Below, piece after piece: positions 45,016-54,921 of a stretch of 64,000 bases of DNA. Source of the stretch: an uncultured Acidobacteriota bacterium (GTDB taxonomy: Bacteria > Acidobacteriota > Thermoanaerobaculia > Multivoradales > UBA5704). The stretch covers positions 2,592,001 through 2,656,000 of the forward strand of contig OY969474.1 of assembly GCA_963700145.1 (NCBI GenBank), read 5' to 3'. The notes below the pieces were generated by a model. The model searched no databases. It was given only the letters and a program-made list of their open reading frames with translations, and was not told the origin of the DNA. Position 1 is the stretch's first letter. The number at the start of each line of letters is the position of its first letter. The position numbers were made by a program, and so were the translations under genes.

Positions 45016-46143
45016 ATGTCCGCCGACCGGCGCCGGGACTTCTCGCTCGACGACGGGATCGTCTATCTCAACTGCGCCAACCTGGGGCCGATGCCCCGCG
45101 TCGCCGTCGAGGCGACCGAGCGGGCCCTCCATCTCAAGACCAACCCGCACCTGATCGACGACCGCTCCTTCTACGCGGTCCCCGACGACTTCCGGCGCGC
45201 CGTCGCGCAGCTCGTGGGCGCGGCGCCGTCCGACATCGCGGTGACCGACTCGACGACCTTCGGCGTCATGCTGGTGGTCAACGGGCTCGACTGGCGCGCC
45301 GGCGACCAGGTGGCGATCACGGCCCGCAACTTCCCCGCCAACCGCTTCCCCTGGCAATGGCTGGAGCGGCGCGGCGTCGAGGTCGTCGAGGTGCCCGACG
45401 ACCCCGAGGTCCCGGAGGTCGAGCGCTTCGCCGCCGCCCTGACGCCGCGCACGCGCGTCGTGTCGCTGGAGTGGGTGAGCTACCGCACGGGGGCGCGGCG
45501 CGACCTCGCCGGCGTCGGCGCGCTCTGCCGCGAGCGCGGCGTCCTCTTCGTGGTGGACGGCACGCAGGGGGTCGGCGGCCTGCACTTCGACTTCGCCGCC
45601 ACGCCCTGCGACCTCCTCGTCTGCTCGAGCTACAAGTGGCTGCTGGGGCCGGTCGGCGTCGGCTTCGCCTACGTGCCGCCGGCGACGGCCGAGCGCCTGG
45701 TGCCGCACAACGTCAACTGGTTCCGCGTCGCCGGCGCCGAGGACTTCAGCCGCCTCGCCGAGTGCGAGCTGGAGCTGGTGCCGGGCGCCACCCGCTTCGA
45801 CAAGAACGCCCCCGCCAGCTTCTTCGACCTCGCCGGCGCCATCGCCAGCGCCGACTACCTGGCCGAGGTCACGCCGCGCGCCGTCGAGGAGCACGTCCGC
45901 GGCCTCCTCGACCGGCTCGTCGCCGGGCTGCCCGAGGGCTACCGCGTGCTGGGGTCGCTCCAGCCCGAGCGGCGGTCGAACATTTTGTGCTTCGCGGCGG
46001 CGACGCCGGAGGCGACGCGCGCGGCGTACGAGCGGCTGCGGGCGGCGGGGGTGATCGTCAGCCTGCGCGACGGGGGGATCCGGGTGTCGCCGGGGATCTA
46101 CAACACAGAAGGGGAGATCGAGCGACTACTCCAACTCCTCTAG
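45016..46143 (+). CDS. Aminotransferase class V (cysteine desulfurase/epimerase-like)
   Basis: YLNCA..GP, VDGTQ.VG, SSYKWLLGP PLP lysine, RVSP..YN. Confidence 0.9.
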   Translation: MSADRRRDFSLDDGIVYLNCANLGPMPRVAVEATERALHLKTNPHLIDDRSFYAVPDDFRRAVAQLVGAAPSDIAVTDSTTFGVMLVVNGLDWRAGDQVAITARNFPANRFPWQWLERRGVEVVEVPDDPEVPEVERFAAALTPRTRVVSLEWVSYRTGARRDLAGVGALCRERGVLFVVDGTQGVGGLHFDFAATPCDLLVCSSYKWLLGPVGVGFAYVPPATAERLVPHNVNWFRVAGAEDFSRLAECELELVPGATRFDKNAPASFFDLAGAIASADYLAEVTPRAVEEHVRGLLDRLVAGLPEGYRVLGSLQPERRSNILCFAAATPEATRAAYERLRAAGVIVSLRDGGIRVSPGIYNTEGEIERLLQLL

Positions 46144-46207
46144 CAGTACCTCGACCACTCTGCGGCCTGGTTCAGACCAGTCCAAGCGAAAGATGTCTAC
46201 CTAAGCA

Positions 46208-46969
46208 TTAAGCGGGCTCCTCCTCTCTTGAAGCCTCTCTCCCCGAAAGTTCTCTCTGGATCATGTTGAGAACCTCGACAGCGATTCGCGCTTCCTCCCT
46301 CCCGAGGCCAAGACCAGACCTGATCTCGTAACCAGGATGTACAAGATTCCGATATTCACGGACAGAATGAGATAGCTTCTCCGCTCCCACCGGGACTAAC
46401 CCAAGCTCAATACCCACGTTGATTAATTCGGAGATAGTCCACTTAGTGATTTCGGCAGCTGCCTTGCGCGCGGCCGTTGTTGTCTTTGCAGCGGCCGAAT
46501 TTTGAAGGGCAAGGTCAAGCAAACAGGCCTCGATCGCACTACCAGCCAAGATAATGACAGCCTTCCAACACTCTGCCACGAAAGCTCTCTGGATCTCCGG
46601 GTAATCTCTGTCCAAAAGCCTACGAAGACCAGTGTCCCTTACGAAGGAGAAGTCCCGCTCTTCAGTGATAGGGCTACTATCCGATTCCGGAATTTCAGCC
46701 CGTAGCCGCGCGAGTACTCTACCCAGATACATCGACAAAGCACGCGCAGAATAGCCGCCAAATGAGACGAAGGCGTCCCGGTCACAGGAAGGTACCAAGA
46801 ACGGAAAAAGCTCCCTGGCGCTTTCGACCTCATCCATTATCTGACTGAAGACATCCCCATCAACGTAGCTATGCGTACCGAGACGAGCATCGAGGAAGTT
46901 TTTCTGTTCCGCTAATGTGCTACCGAACAGGCGAAGTGACTTCAGTTCCCGCCGTTGGTCAAGTTTCAC
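46208..46969 (-). CDS. Lower-GC protein with C-terminal HEPN/DUF4145-like domain
   Basis: A.IILAGS.IE, REYRNLVHPG (RxxxH-type HEPN-like motif); GAGGAGG RBS. Confidence 0.65.
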   Translation of the reverse strand: MKLDQRRELKSLRLFGSTLAEQKNFLDARLGTHSYVDGDVFSQIMDEVESARELFPFLVPSCDRDAFVSFGGYSARALSMYLGRVLARLRAEIPESDSSPITEERDFSFVRDTGLRRLLDRDYPEIQRAFVAECWKAVIILAGSAIEACLLDLALQNSAAAKTTTAARKAAAEITKWTISELINVGIELGLVPVGAEKLSHSVREYRNLVHPGYEIRSGLGLGREEARIAVEVLNMIQRELSGREASREEEPA

Positions 46970-46978
46970 ATTCCCTCC

Positions 46979-47785
46979 TCACTCCCGCCAGCGGGGCGGT
47001 TGTTTGGTCTCGAGGAACGTGGCGATGCCGCGCTTGCAGTCCTCCGTCGCACGGGCGGCGGCGTTGGCTTCGGCGGCTAGGGCGAGGGCTTGGTCGAGGG
47101 GCTTGCCGAGGACTTCCAGGAGCAACCGCTTGGTGCGGGCGATCGACTCCGAGCTGGCGTTGGCGAGGATTTCCGCCGCCAGCTCGTCGCCCGCCGCGGC
47201 CAGGCGTTCGCCGGGCACCACGCGGTTGACCAGGCCGATCTCCAGCGCCCGCGACGCCGGCAGGGGGCGCGGGAAGAGGAGCAGCTCGCGCAGGTCGGAG
47301 CCGCGGACGCGCAGCGGCAGGAAGGTGGCGACGAGCGCCGCGACGAAGCCGATCCGCACTTCGCTGTAGAGAAAGGTCGCGGTCTCGGCGGCGACGACGA
47401 AGTCGTGCGCGGTGGCGAGGCCGCAGCCGCCGGCGACGCAGGCGCCGTGGACGAGGGCGATCGTCAGCGCCTCCTGCCGCAGCACCGCGTCGAAGAGGTC
47501 GCGCACGCGGCGGGAGTCGGCGAGGTTCTCCTCCGGGCCGGCGTCGCGCAGCGCGCGCAGGTGGTCGAGGTCGGCGCCGGCCGAGAAGTGCCGGCCGGCG
47601 CCCGAGAGCAGCACCGCCCGCACCCCGTCCTCGCGCAGCGGCCGCCGATAGAGGTCGGTCAGCTCCGCGACCATGGGCGGCGAGAGCGCGTTGGCGCGAC
47701 GCGGGTCGTTGAGCGTGACGCGCAGGAGGTCGCCGTCCTGCCGCACCTCCAGCGCCTCCCAGCGCGCCTCGGCGAGCGCGCTCAT
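46979..47785 (-). CDS. Enoyl-CoA hydratase family (methylglutaconyl-CoA hydratase-like)
   Basis: FSAGADL, AGGCGL, SEVRIG. Confidence 0.9.
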   Translation of the reverse strand: MSALAEARWEALEVRQDGDLLRVTLNDPRRANALSPPMVAELTDLYRRPLREDGVRAVLLSGAGRHFSAGADLDHLRALRDAGPEENLADSRRVRDLFDAVLRQEALTIALVHGACVAGGCGLATAHDFVVAAETATFLYSEVRIGFVAALVATFLPLRVRGSDLRELLLFPRPLPASRALEIGLVNRVVPGERLAAAGDELAAEILANASSESIARTKRLLLEVLGKPLDQALALAAEANAAARATEDCKRGIATFLETKQPPRWRE

Positions 47786-48129
47786 CCCTCCTCCTCCTCC
47801 GGCGGCACCAGCTCGTCCGGCAGCTCGACCTCCATCGCCAGGAGGCCCTGGGCGTGCGTCTTCCCCTGGGCGTCGGTCTTCAAGCTCTCGGTGCCGCCGC
47901 CGCCGAGGGAGTCGTGGAGGAGGAAGTTGAGGGCCAGGAGGTTCGGCACCTCGAAGCGCTCGACCCGGCCGCGGCAGACCTCGCGGAAGTGCTCGCGGAC
48001 GCGCTCCGCCGTCACCTCGCGGCGCAGCACCTCGTAGACCTTCGGGTCGAAAGCGATGAGGCCGACGTTCGAGGCGTCTCCCTTGTCCCCCGAGCGGGCG
48101 AGGGCGACGCGGCGCAGCGCGACCTTCAC
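47782..48129 (-). CDS. AtuA-related small protein (stand-alone C-terminal domain)
   Basis: ARSGDKGD.SNVG, LGGGGT.SL.D.QGK. Confidence 0.88.
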   Translation of the reverse strand: MKVALRRVALARSGDKGDASNVGLIAFDPKVYEVLRREVTAERVREHFREVCRGRVERFEVPNLLALNFLLHDSLGGGGTESLKTDAQGKTHAQGLLAMEVELPDELVPPEEEEG

Positions 48130-48440
48130 GCGCCCACCCCGAAGACGGCGCGCACGCCGAGGTCGAGGTCCTCGCGGTGGACGGCCGCGAGCCCGGCGAA
48201 GGCCGCCAGGCCCACCGCGGCGAGGAGGGCGAGGCTCCCCCACCGGCGCCGCGGCTCCCAGCCGGCCTCGATCCCCTGCCGTAGCAGGACCGTCCAGAGG
48301 AGCGCGAAGGCGAGAGCCCAGCCGACGAAGACGATGCGGTCGGCGACGGCGCTGGCCAAAAAGCCGAGCAGCAGGATGGGGAGGAGGCCGCCCAGGAGCG
48401 GCGCGTACCAGCGGGCGACGAGCCCGCCGCCCGCCGTCAC
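48126..48440 (-). CDS. Small membrane protein
   Basis: Hydrophobic helices; GTGA overlaps on both sides. Confidence 0.6.
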   Translation of the reverse strand: MTAGGGLVARWYAPLLGGLLPILLLGFLASAVADRIVFVGWALAFALLWTVLLRQGIEAGWEPRRRWGSLALLAAVGLAAFAGLAAVHREDLDLGVRAVFGVGA

Positions 48441-49804
48441 GCCTCCTCCACCGACACCTCGATCTGCCGCTCGACCTCCTCGCGCGCCAGCAGCGCCGGC
48501 CAGTAGGCGACGATCTCCTGCGCCTTCGGGCGGCCGCCGGCGAAGCCGGTGACGCCCGGCGGGCCGGCGGTGATGAGCGGCGCGATCTCCATGCCGAAGC
48601 GCTCGACCTTGGCGCGGTCGGGGTCGCGCACGCCGAGGCGGAGGACCACCTCCGGCGGGTCGGGCGGCACGGCGAAGATGCCGGGGAGGCAGACGCCGAG
48701 GCCGAGGACCTCGGTCGACTTCTGCTCCGGCTCGAAGGTGACGCCGGCGCGCTCCAGACGCTTCCAGACGGTCTCGGCCGCCAGCTCCGCCTTGGCGGCG
48801 GCCTCCGGCCCGCAGAGGGTGATCTGCCCGCTCGTCTTGTAGCCGGCGAGGTAGGAGCCCGAGACCTTGAAGAACGGCGTCTTGGGGCGGCCGCGCACGC
48901 CGGAGACCTCGACCCGGTCCGGCCCGTCCTGGCGCAGGCGGATGGTGGTGAAGTCGGCGGTCACGTCGGGGGTGATGTACTCCTCGGGCCGCCCCATCTC
49001 GTAGAGGAGCTGCTCGGCGACGGTGGCGACGGTGACCATGCCGCCGGTGCCGGGGTGCTTGGTGACGACGAAGGTGCCGTCCGGGCGCGCCTCGACGATC
49101 GGGTAGCCGACGTTCCAGAGGTCGGGCACCTCCCGCCAGCGGCTGTAGTTGCCGCCGGTGCACTGGGCGCCGCACTCGATGATGTGCCCGGCGACGGTGC
49201 CGGCGGCGAGGCAGTCCCACTCCTCCGGCCCCCAGCCGAACTCGTGGATCATCGGCGCCAGCGCCAGCGCGGTGTCGGTGACCCGGCCGCAGAGGACGAT
49301 GAGGGAGCCCTGCTGGAGCGCCTCGCACACCGGGCGGGCGCCCAGGTAGGCGTTGGCGCTTGCCATGCGGCCGACGACCGGCGCCAGCGGCTCGCCGGTG
49401 TCCATGTTCTTCAGCTCGTGGCCGGCGGCGAGGAGCTCGGGCAGGCGCGGCAGGACGTCGTCCCCTTCGACGACGCCGACGCGCAGGCCGGTGATCCCGA
49501 GCTCGCGCGCCACCTCGAAGATGCGGGCGCGGCAGGCGTGGGAGTTCAGGCCGCCGGCGTTCGTGAGGACGCGGACGTTGCGCTCGACCAGCTCGGGCAG
49601 GACGCGGCGGACGAAGCCGATGAAGTCGGTGGCGTAGCCCAGGCGCGGGTCCTTGAGCTTCTGCCGCATCATGATCGACAGCGTCACCTCGGCCAGGTAG
49701 TCCATGCCGATGTAGTCGATCGGCCCGCCGCGCAGCAGCTCCACCGGGGCGTCGACGTTGTCCCCCCAGAAGCCCTGGCCGTTGCCGATGCGGACGGTGC
49801 GCAT
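48437..49804 (-). CDS. Acyclic terpene utilization AtuA family (DUF1446)
   Basis: GFWGD, DYLAE.T, NAYLG, GRVTD, GHIIECGAQ.TGGN, EQLLYE. Confidence 0.92.
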   Translation of the reverse strand: MRTVRIGNGQGFWGDNVDAPVELLRGGPIDYIGMDYLAEVTLSIMMRQKLKDPRLGYATDFIGFVRRVLPELVERNVRVLTNAGGLNSHACRARIFEVARELGITGLRVGVVEGDDVLPRLPELLAAGHELKNMDTGEPLAPVVGRMASANAYLGARPVCEALQQGSLIVLCGRVTDTALALAPMIHEFGWGPEEWDCLAAGTVAGHIIECGAQCTGGNYSRWREVPDLWNVGYPIVEARPDGTFVVTKHPGTGGMVTVATVAEQLLYEMGRPEEYITPDVTADFTTIRLRQDGPDRVEVSGVRGRPKTPFFKVSGSYLAGYKTSGQITLCGPEAAAKAELAAETVWKRLERAGVTFEPEQKSTEVLGLGVCLPGIFAVPPDPPEVVLRLGVRDPDRAKVERFGMEIAPLITAGPPGVTGFAGGRPKAQEIVAYWPALLAREEVERQIEVSVEEA

Positions 49805-49865
49805 GCGCGAGGGAGCGTAGCAGAGCGCGCCGCGGGCGCCGCCCGCTAGACTACGCGCCGTCCCG

Positions 49866-51887
49866 ATGAAGAAACCGCGAATCGAGAGCCGCTGGAACGA
49901 GCGGGAAGCGCGGCGGTGGCGGGAATCGACGCCCGACCCGCTGCTCGGGCTGCGGGTGTACACCTCGCGCCTCCTCGGGGCCGATCCGTCGCTCGTGCTC
50001 CACGGCGGCGGCAACACCTCGGTCAAGTCGACGGCGCGGGACGTCCTCGGCGAGGAAGTGGAGGTCGTCTGGGTCAAGGCCAGCGGCTGGGACCTGGCGA
50101 CGATCGAGGCCCAGGGGTTCGCGCCGCTCGAGCTCGGGCGGGCGCGGCGCCTGCTCGACGCGCCGGCGCTCTCCGACCTCGAGATGATGCGCGAGCTGCG
50201 GCGCTGCCGGCTCGACCCGCAGGCGCCGGACCCCTCGGTCGAGGCGCTCCTCCACGCCTTCCTCCCCCACCGCTTCGTCGATCACACCCACGCCGACGCC
50301 GTCTTGGCGCTGATCCAGACGCCGGACGGCGCGCGGCGGGCGCGCGACCTCTTCGGCGGCGAGTTCCTCATCGTGCCGTACGTCAAGCCGGGCTTCGACC
50401 TCGCCGTCGAGTGCCGGCGGCGCTGGCTCGCGGCCGTGCGGGAGGGCTTCGAGGCGCGCGGCATGATCCTCCTCAACCACGGCGTCTTCACCTTCGACGA
50501 CGACCCGCGCGCCAGCTACGAGCGGATGCTCGCCGCGGTCGCCGCCGCGGCGGCCGAGCTGCCGCGCCCCGAGCGCCGCGCCGCCGCCCCCCGCCGCCGC
50601 CGCGCCGCCGCTGCCGATGCCGCCTGGACGCCGGCCGCGATCGCCGGCCTGCGCGCCGAGCTGTCGCGCCTCGCCGGGAACCCGATGATCCTGACGCTCG
50701 ACACCGGCGAGGAGGCGCGCCGCTTCGCCGGCCGCCCCGACCTCGACGCCGTCGCCGGCCGCGGCACCCTCACTCCCGACCACGTGCTGCGTACCAAGCG
50801 CGTCCCCGCCGTCGTGCGCGACCCGGAGCGCGCCGCCCGCGACCTCGACCGCTACGCCGCCGCCTACCGCCGCTACTTCGAGCGCCACGTGGACGGCCGC
50901 CCGCTCGCCATGCTCGACCCGGCGCCGCGCATCGTGCTGGCGCCGGGGCTCGGCTTCTTCGCCGCCGGGCGGACGGCCCGCGACGCGGACATCGCGGCCG
51001 ACGTCTACCGCCACACGATCGGCGCGATCGAAGCCGCCGAGCGGCTGGGCGGCTTCCGGCCGCTGCCGGCGCGCCACCTCTTCGAGGTCGAGTACTGGGA
51101 CCTCGAGCAGGCGAAGCTCCGGCGCGGCGGCGCGCCGGCGCCGCTGGCAGGACGGGTGGCGCTGGTGACCGGCGCGGCCAGCGGCATCGGCGCCGCCTCC
51201 GCCGCGGCCTTGAAGGAGCGCGGCGCCGCGGTCGTCGGGCTCGACCTCCAGCCCGCACCGGACGGGCGCGCCGATCTCCACCTCGTCGCCGACGCCGCCG
51301 ACGCCGCCGCAGTGCGCGCCGCCGTGGCGCAAGCGGTCGAGCGCTTCGGCGGCATCGACGCGGTAGTGAGCTGCGTCGGCGTCTTCGCCGCCGGCCCGAC
51401 GGTCGAGGAGCTGGACGACCTCACCTGGGCGCGGGTCATGGACCTGAACGCCCGCTCTCACTTGACGCTCCTGCGCGAGACGATCCCGCTGCTTCGCCGG
51501 GCCGCCGGCGGCGGCTCGGTCGTCCTCATCGGCTCGCGCAACGTCGCCGCCCCCGGCCCCGGCGCGGCGGCCTACTCCGCCTCCAAGGCCGCGCTGACCC
51601 AGCTCGGCCGCGTCGCGGCGCTCGAGCTCGCCGAGCACGGCGTCCGCGTCAACGTCCTCCACCCCGACGCGGTCTTCGACACCAACCTCTGGAGCCCCGA
51701 GCTGATCGCCTCGCGGGCCGAGAAGTACGGCATCTCCCCGGAGGAGTACCGGCGCCGCAACCTGCTCGGCGTCGAGGTGCGCGCCGCCGACGTCGGGGCG
51801 CTCGCCGCCGCCCTCTGCACCGACCTCTTCTCCCGCACCACCGGCGCGCAGATCCCGGTTGACGGCGGCAACCCGCGGGTTATCTAG
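49866..51887 (+). CDS. Bifunctional class II aldolase/short-chain dehydrogenase (RhaD/YuxG-like)
   Basis: LV.HGGGNTSVK, HTH, NHG, TPDH, EYW.LEQAKL, TGAASGIG, YSASK. Confidence 0.92.
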   Translation: MKKPRIESRWNEREARRWRESTPDPLLGLRVYTSRLLGADPSLVLHGGGNTSVKSTARDVLGEEVEVVWVKASGWDLATIEAQGFAPLELGRARRLLDAPALSDLEMMRELRRCRLDPQAPDPSVEALLHAFLPHRFVDHTHADAVLALIQTPDGARRARDLFGGEFLIVPYVKPGFDLAVECRRRWLAAVREGFEARGMILLNHGVFTFDDDPRASYERMLAAVAAAAAELPRPERRAAAPRRRRAAAADAAWTPAAIAGLRAELSRLAGNPMILTLDTGEEARRFAGRPDLDAVAGRGTLTPDHVLRTKRVPAVVRDPERAARDLDRYAAAYRRYFERHVDGRPLAMLDPAPRIVLAPGLGFFAAGRTARDADIAADVYRHTIGAIEAAERLGGFRPLPARHLFEVEYWDLEQAKLRRGGAPAPLAGRVALVTGAASGIGAASAAALKERGAAVVGLDLQPAPDGRADLHLVADAADAAAVRAAVAQAVERFGGIDAVVSCVGVFAAGPTVEELDDLTWARVMDLNARSHLTLLRETIPLLRRAAGGGSVVLIGSRNVAAPGPGAAAYSASKAALTQLGRVAALELAEHGVRVNVLHPDAVFDTNLWSPELIASRAEKYGISPEEYRRRNLLGVEVRAADVGALAAALCTDLFSRTTGAQIPVDGGNPRVI

Positions 51888-52645
51888 GCGCCGATGCGCT
51901 CGGGCGGGTAGATCCGCACCTCCACGCCCGGCGCGGCGTGGACGAGTGGCGGCGCGTCGGGGCGGGTGACGCCGGCGGCGGCGAGAAGGGTCTCCTCCAG
52001 GCCTTCGAGCGCCGTCTCCTCCTGGAGCGGGTAGGCCTCGTGGTGGACCTGGCCGCGCCAGAGGGTGCCGTCCTCGCCGGCGGCGTAGAGGAAGTAGCGC
52101 TCGACGAGGAAGAAGTCGAGCGAGCGGAAGGCGGCCGGGTGCGTGCCGCCGCGGGTCGTCCAGCGCAGGTCGCAGCCCGGCGGCGGCGCCGGCGCCCGCC
52201 GCTCGGAATGGAAGTGGTAGCGCGCCGGGTCGCCGGGCTCGACGTCGAACTGCATCCGCGCGTCGTAGTAGGGCAGCCGGTAGACGGCGCGGGCGCCGGC
52301 CACGGCGAGCAGGCTCGCCGCGTCGAGGCTGAAGAACCAGACGCCCGGGTCGCGCCCGCCGTGGTGGACGTAGGTGCGGACGTTGACCTCGTGGAAGTCG
52401 GAGACGAAGGGCACCGGCGGCGTGAAGGGGGCGCGGCTGCCGGTGATGGTGAAGGGGATCAGGCCGACCCAGGCGCGGCCGTCGAAGAGGTCCAGCTCGA
52501 GCCCGGCCGGCACCAGCGGCCGCAGCACCTCCGGCGGCAGGTCCCAGTGCAGGAAAAGCAGGTGGTGCCAGCTCTGGCGCAGCAGCGGCGCGCGCTCCGG
52601 CCGCAGGGTCGGCGTGGTGCGGTCGATCTCGGCGGAGCGGTCCAC
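51884..52645 (-). CDS. DUF2071 (YqjF) family protein
   Basis: Q.W..LLFLHW, E.NVRTYV, GVWFFSLDA, FLVERY. Confidence 0.9.
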   Translation of the reverse strand: MDRSAEIDRTTPTLRPERAPLLRQSWHHLLFLHWDLPPEVLRPLVPAGLELDLFDGRAWVGLIPFTITGSRAPFTPPVPFVSDFHEVNVRTYVHHGGRDPGVWFFSLDAASLLAVAGARAVYRLPYYDARMQFDVEPGDPARYHFHSERRAPAPPPGCDLRWTTRGGTHPAAFRSLDFFLVERYFLYAAGEDGTLWRGQVHHEAYPLQEETALEGLEETLLAAAGVTRPDAPPLVHAAPGVEVRIYPPERIGA

Positions 52646-52654
52646 GCCGCGAGG

Positions 52655-53476
52655 CTAATACATGATGCCGCAGTGGTACTCGACGATCTGCTCGTCGCTC
52701 TCGCCGAGCACGTGGTTCGGCCAGGCGATCCGCGCCGTGCGCCGGAAGAAGCCTCCGAACTTGGTGTAGACGAGGACCTCCACTTCCGCGAAGTCCCCCG
52801 CCCGGCGGACGACCGGCGCGAGGTCGTACTGCCGCAGGCGCTCGCGCTCCCCGGGAGTGACGCCGTCGATCATGCTCGGCCCCTCCGGCTCGTCGGGGAG
52901 CGTCCCCACGAGCTGCTCCAGCCGCTCGGGCGTGCAGACGTACTCGGTGTCGAAGTAGTTGTCGTGCCAGTGGAGGTAGAACTTCTGCCCCTCGAGCGCG
53001 AGGAGGGAGAGCTGGAAGGCCCCTTCGGGGGAGCGCTCGGCGGAGAGGCGCCAGAGCCAGGGGTGGACGCCGGGCTGGTTGCCCCAGGGGAAGTGTCGGC
53101 TGTACTCGTCGGGCGTGGTGAGCGGCGGCGCGTCGCGGCGGCGCGGGTAGAGGAGCGGCGAGCCGCCGTTGCCCCAGTAGCTGTAGACGTAGTCGAGGTC
53201 CCAGCCGTCGTCGGGGCGCAGGCGGTCGAAGACCTCGAAGTAGCGGTTGGGATCGAAGCGCTCCTCCGGCGGCAGCCAGGGACGCGGCTCGTCGAAGATG
53301 CTGGTGTGGGCGTCGGGCATCTCCGCGTGCTCGCGCCGCAGCGCCGCGAGCGCGGCGAGCACCCGCGCCGCCTCGTCCGTCGTCACCCGGCTCGTCTCCT
53401 CGGGCACGAACGGCTCGGGAAACGGCAACGGCGACGGCGGCCGCGGGGGACGGCCGAAGAGCGAGCGGAGGCCCAT
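52655..53476 (-). CDS. Hypothetical protein
   Basis: Host-like codon usage; aromatic-rich; no family recognised. Confidence 0.65.
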   Translation of the reverse strand: MGLRSLFGRPPRPPSPLPFPEPFVPEETSRVTTDEAARVLAALAALRREHAEMPDAHTSIFDEPRPWLPPEERFDPNRYFEVFDRLRPDDGWDLDYVYSYWGNGGSPLLYPRRRDAPPLTTPDEYSRHFPWGNQPGVHPWLWRLSAERSPEGAFQLSLLALEGQKFYLHWHDNYFDTEYVCTPERLEQLVGTLPDEPEGPSMIDGVTPGERERLRQYDLAPVVRRAGDFAEVEVLVYTKFGGFFRRTARIAWPNHVLGESDEQIVEYHCGIMY

Positions 53477-53525
53477 CGGCGGAGAGGCTAGCACCGGCCC
53501 GGCGCCGCTGCGCTACGCTGCGCGG

Positions 53526-54893
53526 GTGCCTCGCCGCGCGCCTTGCGCCCTCGCCGCCGCGCTCCTCGTCGTGGGCTGCGCCGGCGGCGGCGCGGCGGGC
53601 TGCGCCGGCGACGGCGAGCCGCGGCCGCTCAACGTCGTCCTCGTCCTCGTCGACACCCTGCGCGCCGACCACCTCGGGGCCTACGGCTACCCGCGCCCGA
53701 CGAGCCCGGCGCTCGACGCCTTCGCGCAGGAGGCGGTCGTCTTCACCGACGCGCGCAGCCAGGCCGGGTGCACCTTCCCTTCGGTCAACTCGCTCCTCAC
53801 CTCGCAGCTCCCCGAACGCTTCCTCGGCCAGCCGGAGGGCAGGATCGGCATCCCCGACGGCCTCCCGACCCTTCCCGAGCTGCTGCGCGCCCGCGGCTGG
53901 ACGACCGCCGCGGTCTCGGCCAGCTCGGTCGTCCGCCGCCGCCCGAGCGACCTCAACCCGCACGGCGGCTTCGGCCGCGGCTTCGACCTCTTCTTGGAGG
54001 ACTGCGTCTGGAAGTCGGCGGCCTGCGTCAACCGGCAGGCGCTGCCGCTCCTCCAGAGCCTGCCGCGCCCCTTCTTCCTCTACCTCCACTACCTCGACCC
54101 GCACGCCCCCTACCAGCCGCCGCGCGCCCACCCCCGCCGCTTTGCGCACGGCTGGTCGGACAAGCGCTTCGTCCGCCGCGGCAATCCCAAACCGATCGGA
54201 CGCTGGCTCTACCAGGGGGCGCCCGACCCGGGGGTGACGGCCGCCGACCTCCGCCTCCTCGTCGACTGGTACGACGAGGAGATCGCCTTCTGGGACAGCG
54301 AGCTCGCGCGCCTGCTCGGGGCGCTCGCGCGGGCCGGGCTCGACGAGGAGACGGTGGTGGTCGTCGCCGCCGATCACGGCGAGGAGCTCCTCGAGCACCG
54401 GCACGTCCAGCACTGCCGCACGGTCTTCGACAGCTCGATCCGGGTGCCGCTCCTGGTGCGGGCGCCCGGGCTGGAGGCGCGGCGGGTGGCGGCCGGGGCG
54501 CAGAACCTGGACGTCCTGCCCACGCTGCTCGACCTCTTGGAGGTGCCGGCGGAAGGGGTCGCCTTCGCGGGGAGGAGTCTGCGGCCGGCGTTGGAGGAAG
54601 GCCGGCGGGTGAACGGGCGGCAGGTGAGCGCGCAGGGCGCGTACCACGCCGTCGTCGGCCCGCGGCACAAGCTGATCGCCGACCTGGCGAGCGGGAAGGC
54701 TTGGCTCTACGACCTCGAAGCGGATCCCGGCGAGACGCGCGACCGCCTCGCGGCAGAACGCCGCGCCGCCGCCCCTCTTCGCGCCGCCCTCCGTACCTGG
54801 CTCGCCGCAAGCGCCGCCGGCGACACCGCCGCCCTCCTCGACCGCTCCCGCGAGGCCGAGGAGCGGCTGCGTGCCGTCGGCTACATCGAGTGA
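53526..54893 (+). CDS. Sulfatase-like hydrolase
   Basis: DTLRADHL, T.PS, YLDPH.PY, ADHGE, LYDL..DPGE, L.A.GYI. Confidence 0.9.
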   Translation: MPRRAPCALAAALLVVGCAGGGAAGCAGDGEPRPLNVVLVLVDTLRADHLGAYGYPRPTSPALDAFAQEAVVFTDARSQAGCTFPSVNSLLTSQLPERFLGQPEGRIGIPDGLPTLPELLRARGWTTAAVSASSVVRRRPSDLNPHGGFGRGFDLFLEDCVWKSAACVNRQALPLLQSLPRPFFLYLHYLDPHAPYQPPRAHPRRFAHGWSDKRFVRRGNPKPIGRWLYQGAPDPGVTAADLRLLVDWYDEEIAFWDSELARLLGALARAGLDEETVVVVAADHGEELLEHRHVQHCRTVFDSSIRVPLLVRAPGLEARRVAAGAQNLDVLPTLLDLLEVPAEGVAFAGRSLRPALEEGRRVNGRQVSAQGAYHAVVGPRHKLIADLASGKAWLYDLEADPGETRDRLAAERRAAAPLRAALRTWLAASAAGDTAALLDRSREAEERLRAVGYIE

Positions 54894-54921
54894 GGAACGA
54901 GCGCCCAATATAATTGGCCGG

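Noticed and set aside
46979-49804. Split AtuA plus hydratase as a novel pathway
   Set aside because: Two-gene AtuA arrangements beside acyl-CoA catabolic genes are common
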